A model generated the notes under the pieces. That model worked only from the letters and a program-made list of their open reading frames with translations, was not told where the DNA came from and searched no databases. Shown here in pieces: positions 48,400-60,485 of a stretch of DNA of 64,000 bases; position 1 is the stretch's first letter, and every line of letters starts with the position of its first letter. The translations under genes were made by a program, and so were the position numbers. Origin of the DNA: Pristiophorus japonicus (lineage: Eukaryota); contig NC_091986.1 of assembly GCF_044704955.1 (NCBI RefSeq), positions 181,598,001-181,662,000 on the forward strand, read 5' to 3'.

Positions 48400-48900
48400 A
48401 TAATAACGTGTCAAGGTGGTTATACAGTACATCCCTGTGATGATCCCTTCAAGCAACTTCATATCACCAAAGTCAAACCAGTGGACCTGACTTATTGCCC
48501 TTTTTAATTATTGGCAGTCCATGGGAACAATCTCATACCCAGCGAGCAAGGGGTCGTGGTGCATAGCTCCCATTTCTTTGAGCAGACTTGGGTGAATGCT
48601 GTCAGGGTCAGCAGCCAAATCTGTTTTAAGATCTCTTATTCTAGCCATGACTGTTTCGGCATCCAATTTGACACTTTCATCCTCCCTACAATGTATTATT
48701 GGTAACTCAGCAACAGTTTCTACAGTGGTGGCCAACACAAAGTAAGCCATTTAAAGCCTTTGCCATATCTTAGGAGTCCACCCAAATCTACCCTGAGGAA
48801 TCCTTCAATGGCCCTGCAGGGTCCTTAATGGTCCTCTAACTCCCAGTATAGCTGAAAAACACTTCAATTACTAAACAAAGAATTCATTGTTACAGTCTGG
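48400..48900 (-). pseudogene. very old CR1 RT fragment
   Basis: LKTDLAADPDSIHPSLLKEM resembles the KSPGPDGIHPRVLKE motif. Confidence 0.5.
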
Positions 48901-48964
48901 GCTTTCTCCAAACGCTGTTGAGTAGTGTTCACAGCAAAAAGATATCCCTATATTACAACACTTC

Positions 48965-50215
48965 AACAAAAGCAAAATACTGCAGATGCTGGATATCTGA
49001 AACAAAAACTGAAAATGCTGGAAATACTCAGCAGGTCAGGCAGCATCTGTGGAGAGAGAAACAGAGTTAATGTTTCAGGTCAATGACCTTTTGACAGAAC
49101 TGGAAAAAGTTAGAGATGTAACAGGTTTTAAGTGAGTGCAGGGGCAGGGAAAGAGGGAGGGGAGGAAATAAAAAAAGGGAAGGTCTGTGATACGAAGGCA
49201 GGAGAGATTAATAGACAAATGGGATGATGATGCAAGGCAAAAGGAGATGGTAATGAGACAAGTTAAGAAACATAAGATGAGTCTGGATAGGGTGTAAATG
49301 GGAATGGCAGAATCATCAACAGCTGCCATGGGAAAAAATAGGGGCAGAGATGGTCTGAAGTTGTTGAACTGGTGTTGAGTCCAGAGGCTGTATACTGCCT
49401 AATTGAAAGATGAGATGCTGTTCCTCGAGCTTACATTGAGCCTTTTTGGAACAGTGTAAGAGGCTGAGGACGGAGATATCACAGTGGGAGTGGACTGGAG
49501 AATTAAAGTGACAGGCGACCAGAAGCTCAGAGTCACGCTTATGGACTGAACGGAGGTGTTCCGCAAAGTGGTCACCCAATCTGTGTTTGGTCACCCCATG
49601 TAGGGGAGACCGCATCGTGAGCAGCGAATACAGCATACTAAATTGCAAGAAGTACAAGTAAATCGCTGTTTCACCTGAAAGGAGTGTTTGCGGCCTTGGA
49701 CAGTGGGACGAGAGGAGGTAAAAGGGCAGGTGTTGCATCTCCTGCGCTTGCACGGAATGGTGCCATGGGAAGGGGAGGGGGTGTTCGGGTTGATTGAGGA
49801 GTGGACCAGGGTGTCACGGAGGGAGTGGTCCCTTCAGAATGCTGAAAGGGGAGGAGAGGGAAGATGGGTTCACGCTGGAGGTGGCGGAAATGGTGGAGGA
49901 TGATCCGTTGAACGTGGAGGCTGGTGGGATGAAAGGTGAGGACAAGGGGAATCCGTATCATGGTTCTGAGAGGGAGGGGAAAGGGTGAGATCAGAAGAGT
50001 GGGAAATAGAATGGACACGGTCGAGGGCCATGGCAACCACAGTAGAGGGGAATCCTCGGTTGAGAAAAAAGGAGGATGTATCGGAGGCACTGGTATGGAA
50101 GGTGGCATCGTCAGAGCAGATGCGACAGAGATGGAGAAACTGGGAGAATGAAATAGAGTCCTTACAGAAAGCAGGGTGGGAGGAAGTGTAATCCAAGTAG
50201 TTGTGGGAGCAGTGG
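48965..50215 (-). mobile_element. Penelope-like element (RT C-terminus, GIY-YIG endonuclease, pLTR)
   Basis: DYTSSHP..CKDSI.FSQFL.LCRICSD...FLNRGFP and TKHRLGDHFAEH...VACHFN...KLEEQHLIFQLG. Confidence 0.9.
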
Positions 50216-50220
50216 GCTTA

Positions 50221-50465
50221 TCATCATCCATCATAGGCGGTCCCTCGAACGAGGATGACTTGCTTCCACATGAGTTCACAGATGTTTCAATGAAGGACCT
50301 GATGTTCCAGTCCTGAATTCCAATTGAGGAGTTGCAAGATGCTTGTGCGTGGATTTTTTAAACCTGTGGTGACCATTGCACACCAGCCACCACACAGGCT
50401 TGACAAAGCAAGGCCTTTATCCTGTTGCATGGGTTAACCAGGATGACTGGAGACCTACCCTGCTT
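50221..50465 (-). mobile_element. non-autonomous RTE-tailed retroposon (partial)
   Basis: catcataggcggtccctcgaacgaggatgacttgc matches the RTE tail; the body matches 32990-33200. Confidence 0.8.
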
Positions 50466-51431
50466 ATAGTGGATGTTTGTCGACAGTACGTCATTGGCTG
50501 TAAAGCGCTTTGGGACATTTTAAGGATGGGAAAGGTGCTATATAAATGCAAGTCTTGCTTTTTTTCTAAGCAGACTGAATCTCCTACAAACTGAATTGTA
50601 TGCTCTTATGCAGATAGCAATGAGACTTCCACTTTGCCTCAATGGTACTATATCTCCTTCCCACCCCTGTTCCCTGATCACGTCCAATTTCCCAAAGTCA
50701 AGGTAACTTGAATAATTTGTGTAGGCTCCAGAAGCTTTTCTGCAATCACCAGGTCACCAATCCAATGGGGAGTAGAGTCTGAAACACTAGCAGAAGTGAT
50801 ATAATTACATTTAAAAAATAATGTTTTCAGATCTCCTGCTCTGCTTAGTGCAATCAATTGTTCTGTGATCAATTACACTCGGCAGGACAGCCCTTTAACT
50901 TTTAATTCTCCCCTTGCAGCACATGGAGTATATAGAAATAATATGATGCAGCAAGTTATTTGAAATACAATGGACATAGAACATTCTGAATTGTGTGATA
51001 AGCTCTCGCAATTCTAAAGGGGGAGAGCAGAACCTGGATTTAAGAAATTGCACACCTGGAAGGAGGAGAGGGGGGACACTGCTTCTGCTCACTCCACTAC
51101 ATCCTGACAGTACATTGGGGGACATTTCTAGGAGCATTAAACAACATGCATTAATATTTCAAATAGTCTGTTGCTTTTTGACAGTAGCTGAAATCGCGCT
51201 TCCATCTGGTTGGTTGAAACATTAAATAGCAGATGAATTATCCCTGGCTTTTCAAAGAACCCTGTAATTAGGTTAACTTGGGAAACACTAGCTACTAGGG
51301 CTCTGACCCAGACCCACTGTCTGCAGCTGCCAACAAGATCACAAGGAAGCACTTGCACTCCTTAAAAAATAAATATATGGAATCTACTTTTGTTGTAAAT
51401 TTTCAACTTTAGGACTGATGTCAGGAAGGTA

Positions 51432-51812
51432 CGGTAGCATAGTGATTATATTACTGGACTAGTAAACTAATGATCTGGAGACGTGAGTTCAAATCCTATC
51501 ACAGCAGCTGGGAATTTAAATTCAGTTAATTAAATAAATCTGAAATAAAAAGCTAGTATGATGACCATGAAACTAATGGATTGTCGTTAAAAACCAATCT
51601 GGTTCACTAATGTCCTTTCGAGAAGGAAATTTGCCACCCTTACCTAGTCTAGCCAATATGTGACTCCAGACCTACAGCAAAGTGGTTGACTTTTATTGCC
51701 CTCTGCGGTTCAAGAAGGTGACTTACCACCATCTTCTCAAGGGCAATTAGGGATGGACAATAAATGCTGGTCTTGCCAGCGATACCATAACCCATGAATG
51801 AATATTTTTTTT
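51432..51812 (+). mobile_element. tRNA-derived SINE family B
   Basis: tagcatagtgattatattactggactag...gagttcaaatcc head and caataaatgctggtcttgccagc tail. Confidence 0.8.
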
Positions 51813-53396
51813 AAATTATTGACACAAAGAGTTATCAATACATGGGAGTGGAATCCCTCTGTGCACTTGATAAATGCATCTGTGATAGTTTCCACCTTCA
51901 GTATTTCTAGTAAAGTTGTAAACACGTTTTTAAAGAATGGCAGTATGATTTTGTTGGAAAAGAGCAAACAGAAGCAATGTTCACAACACATTTACTGACT
52001 ACAAGTTATTAACTCTCAAAATGTACCTTAGATCAGGTCAAGGCAGAGAAAAACCCTGGAATAAATAGCTGGATGCTATGATGAGTGGAATACAGGTGAA
52101 AATTTCTGCTCCTTCGTGGAACAGAAGTCAGGTGTCATGGGAATAGGATGGCTGGGGATGGGATCTTTGCTATGTCTCCGCCCCTTCACAGGTCCCATGG
52201 CAAAACTGAGTGAATACTAATGAGCAATTTTCGTTCAAACTGTCAGATTCAACATCGCATTTTTTACAATGTATAGCTGATCCATTTTCTTTTCAGGGTC
52301 CCAGCAACCTGCACCTATACCAAGGCAATTCTCGTGATGGATGATTCAAGACATTTGTATTGGGGATTTGTTTGATCTGGTTTTGCCAATTAAAATTTAC
52401 ATTCAAAACCATAGAGGGGCTGGTTCCTGATTCCAGTGTCTCTTCTCCTTGATGTTATTACGATTATCTGGTAATGAATGACTGAGTATTGTTGCCTTGA
52501 AACTATAAGGGTTCAAGCATCAGTGCCTTGAGCTAGATCTTGTTACAGTACTGCGTGGCAATGGGGTTTCTCTACATGTGATGATAGCTCTCTCTGCTTG
52601 CCTTTGATGGGAGTATTTCATCCATTCTCACACAGCTATCAGCGTCAGCTACAGACCACCGCGTCTGTACCATTTGCGCTAAGATTAGAATCCATGATAG
52701 GTTGACCTCCCGCAAACTTTTGAAAAACAGACTTGCAGTCTTGTGCTGATACTGAATCACTATGTCAGCAATCTCTCGTGAGTGATTAAAACAATGTCAT
52801 TTCAATATAACCAGTATATCAGCTTAAAAACCTAATGCTAAGCATCTTGACAGCTGATAAGTACGGGATTGTACTGTGGTTGGGTGGAATGTATGAAGTT
52901 TTCCAAAAATTGGAAAACCCATTACTGCCACTTTGAGACCCCCTTAATCTGTGAAAATCCCTTTTATTACTCACCCATTATGATTACCGCAATAGTGACA
53001 TATGTCTTGCTGGAAGTTTTTTTGTACCAATGAACAGAACTTAGAATTAGAGTAGTTTGCACAGTATGAAAAAAAAAGTATCTGGGCCATAAAGAATATA
53101 CTTGTGCCAGTAATGGAGGAAATTCAGTCATAGTAACGATCTGTTTTCGCAAGCTCAATAGAACCATTTTTATAATCACAATATGTCATGCAGTCATAAT
53201 TGATATATTTGCTGAGTACAGTCTGACATGCAAAAAGGCAGCGATAACCTCCAGACTAATTTCTGAATGTAAACTGATCTATTTTAGCACACTTTTGATT
53301 ATTTCTTAGTTTAATTTATTCCAAACTTCAAATAACACTTTATTCATTGCACTTGACCTGATGGAACTAACATCTCAAACGGACTGTAAAGCATAC

Positions 53397-53722
53397 AGTA
53401 GCTTCGTGGTTATGGTGCTGGACTAGTAGCTAAATGTTGTATATTCATAATTCCAGTATAGCAAAATATGAAACTGAATTCACTAAAACATGTGGGCAGG
53501 CACCAGAAAAATGACCATGAAAGCTGCCAGGTTCCCATAAAAACCCAACTGCTCCGCTAATGTTCCAGAGAGAAGGGAACAATCACCCCGACCTGGTCTG
53601 GCCTACACGTGACTCCAATCCCGCATTATGTGGTTGACTCTTAATGTCCTCTGGGCAACTAAATATGGGCAATATATACTGCCTTTCCAGTGTCACCCAC
53701 ATTCCAATCATATATATTTTAA
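53397..53722 (+). mobile_element. tRNA-derived SINE family B (diverged)
   Basis: Homologous to 51432-51812. Confidence 0.7.
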
Positions 53723-53753
53723 ATTATACAGTAAAAGACCTTGATAATATTAA

Positions 53754-54010
53754 GGCCAATCTTCTGTCTGACAGGATCATTCCCACCAGCATGGAATGAG
53801 CTACAATGTCAGGAGAATTGGGGAGGGGTCCGTTTCACTGGTGCGGTATTTTCTCGCCAGCCTTTTAGTCTGGCCTAAAGTGCTCTCACACCCAACAGGG
53901 ATGGTGCAGGGAATAATCACTATAAGCGCAGGCAGAAAGAGAAATCAGGCGGGCTATATAATGGGTGGCCAATCCACAACTGCCCTTGCCCAAAGTGAAA
54001 ATTAGCCCCA
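53754..54010. mobile_element. small Harbinger-type TIR element
   Basis: taa|ggccaatcttc ... gaaaattagcccc. Confidence 0.45.
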
Positions 54011-54139
54011 ATGTGTGAGGCATCATTCCCACAATCAATGCTATTGAATTTGTATTTAAATTGGTGTTTGTCGGATTTCCCAAATTTCTTGTCAGATTTT
54101 GTTATGCGCTCACTCCATTCACTTTAATTTGACGTTGAA

Positions 54140-54735
54140 GGCCAGATTTAAACCCGGCCCACCCAGTGGCAATGATGAGGGCAGGGAGAGAGGGTTAAAA
54201 TGGCGGGCGGGCAATGTTCCCATCAAGAAATCTCGTGAAGGCCGCTCACCAGCTTGTATACGGTAGATTCCGTGCATGCGCAAAAATTAGAATGAGCCGC
54301 ACATTGGGGGAGGCAGGCAACGCAGGAGGCAACGCGGCTTACAAGGGACATTGTGGCTGGGCGCTACCCATTGCATTCTCGTTCCCCCGCTATTTTAACT
54401 CCCCGGTTTTCAGAAGCTTCAGATCCTCATTAACTCAGGGTCATGACCATGACGCCCTGTCTAGAAACCAGCAGGGACAGCTGGCAGTGGGCAGGATCCA
54501 GGGCCAGAAGAGGCGCAGATAAGTTATTTTTTTAAAGATTTAGAGATTTACTCATGGATCAGGGGCTGCACTTTCAGTCCCCATAAGGGATCCTTGGACC
54601 TCCCCTGACCCAGGCGTCCCTTCCCACGACTGGGTTCACCCCCTTCACTTACCTGGCCTGAAACCGTTTCCTTGGGTACCCAATGATTGTCTCCAGTCAT
54701 GCAATTTTCCATCTCTGCCTGTCTGTCATCATGTC
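54140..54735. mobile_element. Harbinger-type TIR element fragment, family E
   Basis: ggccagatttaaacc start, GC-rich, truncated by CR1. Confidence 0.4.
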
Positions 54736-54739
54736 ATAG

Positions 54740-56980
54740 CATAAAAGCCAGCAAAGAACGACGAAAAAAATGATTAAGAAAGGGAAGATAGACTATGAAA
54801 GTAAACTAGCACAAAATATAAAAACAGACAGTAAGAGTTTCTATAGGTATATAAAAACGAAAAGAGTGGCTAACGTAAATGTTGGTCCCTTAGAGGACGA
54901 GACCGGGGAACTAGTAATAGGGAACATGGAGATGGCAGAAACTCTGAACAAATATTTTGTATCAGTCTTTACGGTAGAGGACACTAACAATATTCCAACA
55001 GTGGATCATCAAGGGGCAATAGCAGGGGAGAGGAATTTAACACAATCACAATCACTAAGGAGGTGGTACTCAGTAAGGTAATGGGACTAAAGGCAGATAA
55101 ATCCCCTGGACCTGATGGCTTGTATCCTAGGGTCTTAAGAGAAGTAGTGGCAGGGATTGTGGATGCATTGGTTGTAATTGACCAAAATTCCCTGGATTCT
55201 GGGGAGATCCCAGCAGATTGGAAAACTGCAAATGTAATGCCCCTATTTTAAAAAGGAGGCAGAAAATAGCAGGAAACTATAGACCAGTTAGGCTAACATC
55301 TATGGTTGGGAAAATGTTGGAGTCCATTATTAAAGAAGCAGTAGCAGGACATTTGGATAAGCAAAATTCGGTCAGGCAGCGTCAACATGGATTTATGAAG
55401 GGGAAGTCATGTTTGACAAATTTGCTGGAGTTCTTTGAGGATGCAACGAACAGGGTGGATAAAGGGGAACCAATGGATGTGGTGCATTTGGACTTCCAAA
55501 AGGCATTTGACAAGGTGCCACATAAAAGGTTACTGCACAAGATAAATGTTCACGGGATTGGGGGTAATATATTAGCATGAATAGAGGATTAGCTAACTAA
55601 CAGAGAACAGAGAGTCGGGATAAATGGTTCATTCTCTGGTTGGCAACCAGTAACTAGTGGGGTGCCGCAGGGATCAGTGCTGGGATCCCAATTATTTACA
55701 ATTTATATTAACTGTGGTGTCCTTACACCTTATTATAGAATCACACGAGGCATGTACTGCAGACTAAGTCACAACGTGACCTGAACCTTTATTCCTAGGA
55801 CCAAGAAGTGCTGACCCTGCGTGGGACCTCCCTTTATATACCTGGATTACCAGGTGAGGAGTGTCTCCCACAAGTTCACCCCCTGTGGTCAAGGTGTGCA
55901 TTACTCAGGTATATACAGTGTACAGTGTTGTTACATAAGGGTTACAGTTATGTGAAAGTTACAAACATGACATTAACGACTTGGAAGAAGGGACTGAGTG
56001 TAACATAGCCAAGTTTGCTGATGATACAAAGATGGGAGGAAAAGCAATGTGTGAGGGGGATACAAAAAAGCTGCAAAAGGACATAGACAGGCTAAGTGAG
56101 TGGGCAAAAATTTGGCAGATGGAGTATAATTTGGAAAGTGTGAGGTCATGCACTTTGGCAGAAAAAATCAAAGAGCAAGTTATTATTTAAATGGAGAAAG
56201 ATTGCAAAGTGCCGCAGTACAGCAGGACCTGGGGGTACTTGTGCATGAAACACAAAAGGATAGTATGCAGGTACAGCAAATGATCAGGAAGGCCAGTGGT
56301 ATCTTGGCCTTTATTGCAAAGCGGATGGAATATAACAGCAGGGAAGTCTTGCTACAGTTATATTGTTGAGGCCACACCTGGAATACTGCGTGCAGTTTTG
56401 GTTTCCATATTTACGAAAGGATATACTTGCTTTTGAGGCAGTTCAGAGAAGGTTCACTAGGTTGATTTTGCGGATGAGGGGGTTGACTTATGAGGAAAGG
56501 TTGGAGTAGGTTGGGCCTCTACTCATTGGAGTTCAGAAGAATGAGAGGTGATCTTATCAAAACGTATAAGATTATGAGGGGGCTTGGCAAGGTGAATGCA
56601 GAGAGGATGTTTCCACTGATGGGGGAGACTAGAACTAGAGGGCATGATCTTAGAATAAGGGGCCACCCATTTAAAACAGAGATGAGGAGAAATTTCTTCT
56701 CTCAGAGGGTTGTAAATCTGTGGAATTTGCTGCCTTGGAGAGTTGTGGAAGCTGGGGCATTGAATATCACTAACACATTGCACTGTTTTTTCTATAAACT
56801 GTGTTTTTCAGTCCATGCAGAAATAGACAGTTTCTTGAGCAATAAGGAGATAAGGGGTTATGGGGATTGGGCGGGAAAGTGGAGCTGAGTCCATGATCAG
56901 ATCAGCCATGATCTTATTGAATGGCGGAACAGGCTCGAGGGGCCGTATGGCCTACTCCTGTTCCTATTTCTTATGTTCTT
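54740..56980 (+). mobile_element. CR1 LINE, 5'-truncated, frameshifted
   Basis: IDYESKLAQNIK...KSPGPDG...NYRPV...GVPQGS...KFADDTK and a ttcttatgttctt tail. Confidence 0.95.
55713..55972 (-). mobile_element. solo LTR (family 2) in CR1 RT
   Basis: TG...CA, TSD TTAAC (55708-55712 and 55973-55977), TATATAAA and AATAAA on the minus strand. Confidence 0.9.
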
Positions 56981-57057
56981 AAATCCATTCAAGGGGAAGC
57001 TAGATAAGCACATGAGAGAGAAAAGAATAGAAGGATATGTTGATGGGGTTAGATGAA

Positions 57058-57385
57058 AGAAAGAAGAAAGAAAGACTTGGATTTATATTGCGCCTTTCAC
57101 CATCGGACGTCTTAAAGCACTTTACAGCCAATGAAGTACTTTTGATGTGTCGTAACTGTTGTAATGTAGGAAACGCAGCAGCCAATTTGAGCAAAGCAAG
57201 CTCCCACAAACAGCAGCGTGATCATAACCAGATAATCTGTTTTTTCATTATGTAGATTGAGGGATAAATATTGGCCAGGACACTGGAGATAACTCACCCG
57301 CTCTTTGAAAGAGCGCCATGGGATCTTTTACATCCACTTGAGAGAGCAGACGGGACCTCGGTTTATCGTCTCATCCGAAAGTCGG
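57058..57385 (-). mobile_element. Deu-domain SINE (partial)
   Basis: Reverse homologue of 23920-24243. Confidence 0.8.
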
Positions 57386-58665
57386 TTTGGAGAAGGCACG
57401 CATGGAGTATAAACACCAGCATAGAGCTGTTGGGCTGAATGGCCTGTTTCAGGTCTGTAAATACTTTTTAATGCTTTGTAATGTGATTCCCGTTGAGTTT
57501 GGTGGAGTGCCCGATGCCAAAAATTAAAATGAGGCCCGCAACGTAAAATGGTAAGGAAAGGAAGAAAGGAGAGAAATGTAGCCTACAGGTCAAGGACTCA
57601 TGGGTTATATAAGTGACTTAGGAATTTCTTCTTTATCAAGTTCTCAAATGTACAAGAGCATTTTTTTCTACCTTTGTAATGTATAAGTTTACAACCTCTA
57701 TAAAAATAGAAGATACGTGACAGGCACTTACGAGATATGATATTCATCCAATGGCAGACACAACTGCCGCTAATGGTAGATCACTGCTGGATAAATATTA
57801 TATCTATTGAACACCTATCATGTTTTGACTGTATATATATATACATGCACAAAGCAGAGGCTAAAATGTCTCAAATATTGGAAGACATAAACAATGTAGA
57901 TATAGCGCTGTCCTTACAGCTATGTGGTTGTCAAGCAAACATTTGTTTTGCCATGTGCTATTTTCTGCAATTCATAAATGGTTTCTAAACAGGTGTTGGA
58001 GATTAAATTGCCAACACAATCTTGCACACTAATGTACTGAAGGAAAAAGGTTTGTGAGAATGAATGTTTCAACTGTTGGGTCAAACAGTTCTGCTCAGAA
58101 CGCGAGAACAAGCAAATCATCACCCAACAGTGCTTTGAATTATTGTTTTACTTTGGATGCTTTTCAACATTTAAGGCTTAATTGGGTCTAAAATAAAATA
58201 ATACAGATGATTATCATACAAAACTAAAATTAAAAACAGAACAAGCAAAATCCATGCCTCCTCTACCCCAGTATTAACCATCAGATACGCGGAGAGGTGC
58301 CTTCAGAATTGCTGGAAGGTAGTCCATGATACAAATCAGAGTATGAATAGATAAGAGTTCATGGATTTTCCACAGTAAGAGTAGTAAAGCCATTCACCTT
58401 TCTGGGCTGGCTGGTAAGATGAGAAACAAAGCAGCCCAGATTTCTTTGATAAAGTCGTAGCTTTTCTGAGAGTGACGAATCATCCTCTGATTTTACTTTC
58501 ATTATGTAGGATTAGATTTTAAAGTTGAAACATTGTTATAAGATCTAATATAGTCATTAATGAAAAATAAAGTGTTTTCTGTACAAAGGACTCCCCATTT
58601 AATAGTTTCACATTACATTTCTTCAATGTTTTAAAAAATCTTTAGCCTTCATGCTGGCTCACTCT

Positions 58666-59447
58666 GGGAGAGAAATTTGCATGGTTTGCGACTGCCATTC
58701 GTGCCTCACAGGGGTGTGAACGGGGCACAAACCATTTCTCACCCGAGGGGGGGCAGGGGGTGTGGGTCGCTACCACCTCCTGCGAGATTGAGCAGGAGTT
58801 AGCGGAGGCGCTAAACCGTTGCACCTCTGGTGATGACGTCATCGCCATGCGCAGCACCCTGTTTTCACCCCGCACAGCCCGTTTCTGCCAGCAGTGGATA
58901 TTGGCCAGTGCCCCATGAAGCTGCCGCGGGCCATGTCAGCGGCAGCCTTGCCTGTCGCGAACCGGGCCACACTCCGCTTGTGGGGCAACATTTAAAGGGG
59001 AGGTTCGCGGCACCATTTTGTGTTGCCCTCCAACTTACCGGTCCGGCCTCGATGTGATTTTTTGCAGGGGCCATGCCGTGATGGTGCAGCCCTCATTCCA
59101 CTACTGTGCCGGGTTGCAGCGACAGTATCCCGCATCCCTGAAGGCCTAGTAGAGGCCCCTTAAAACCCATGCAGAGCTCACAGCGTGCCCTCCTCTTTAA
59201 CGGAAGGGGAGGGCTCGGGGATCCCGTCAGTGCTACGTGGACAGGCCGTGTAATGCAATGACTTGTGTGCACTTAGTGGCCCAGAGCTGCCCCCGAGAGG
59301 AAGTGAAGTGCCCGACATTGCACTCCACTTCCTCTCGGGGGCAGTAACCCCAATTTAGGTCACGGAGCAGGACTTCTGCGCCCGGCACAGATGTCCCGCC
59401 CCGCGAAGGTTACCACCCCCAAATGGGGTGATATGCAATTTCACCCC
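58666..59447. mobile_element. Harbinger-type TIR element, family D
   Basis: gggagagaaatttgcat ... atgcaatttcacccc, GC-rich. Confidence 0.7.
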
Positions 59448-59619
59448 CTCTGTCTTTTGCTCTCTCTGTTAGACCACTGCAGTTATGTTAATGTCCCCAT
59501 GTGTTCCAGAGAAACGCCACAGGAAACATCAAGGTCACAAATCTGTAGTCCCAGCCTATTGTATGGTTTACTGAGGCTGGACAGCTCTTGAGCAGATCTA
59601 AGTTCTGGTTGTTTCAGCC

Positions 59620-59948
59620 AGTGCCTCAGTTGGTAACACCCTCACCTTTGTGTTGGAAGGTTCTGGGTTCAAGTCTCACACCAGGACTAGGGCACAAAAA
59701 TCGACAGTGCTGAGGGAGTGCTGCACTGTCGGAGGTGCCATCTTTCAGATGAGATGTTGAACTGAGGCCCCGTCTGCCCCCTCACGTTGATGTAAAAGAT
59801 CCAGTGGCACTATTTTAAAAGAGAGCAGGGGAGTTATCTCATGTGTTCTGGCCGATATTTATCCCTCAACCAATATCACTAAAGCAGATTATCTGGTCAT
59901 TATCATATTACAATTTGTGGGAGCTTGCTGTGCGAAAATTGGCTGCCG
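59620..59948 (+). mobile_element. Deu-domain SINE (3'-truncated)
   Basis: tRNA-like head (cctcagttggtaa...gggttcaagtc) plus the Deu core. Confidence 0.82.
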
Positions 59949-60485
59949 TGTATGGCAGAGATGAGTCCAGCTGCCAGGAATCATTGCGGAAAAATGAGGA
60001 GGATATAGAAGCAAATATCGACGAGCAGGAAAATGAGAATGATCCAGAAGCCAATTCTGTGCCTGGCTGAGGAATGTCAGAATGTTCAAAGAGTCGACAT
60101 CGGCTTAATTGGCCAAATGATCTACGTATAGATTACCGAGTGTGCCACAGAGGGGTGAGTTAGTCCCAATTATACAGATCATGTGTTTCATTTGGATCAA
60201 TTTTAATCCCAGAGGTGCTGTTTATATACCACCCTCACCCTCCTCCGCCAATGAAAGTCACTACTTGGTCATTAGTCAAAGAGCGGGCTTGATTCCACAA
60301 TGGATGAACAGCAGGTACCGAGTTCCTCATAAGCAGTGTGATTAACACAACTCCTTTTTATCAATAACCCGTGGACTCTGTTGTTAAGGGAAATGTGCAA
60401 ACTAGCTCCATAAATGCTCTGTCACTGGGAATTCAACTGTGGGGCTATGGTCATTGGTTGAATCTCTCTCTGCTGTGAATACTAT

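Noticed and set aside
51432-51510. tRNA gene
   Set aside because: The tRNA-like A/B boxes are SINE heads, with no complete cloverleaf.
52286-52380. Possible + strand terminal exon after ttttcttttcag
   Set aside because: All three frames close within about 25 codons and none is recognised.
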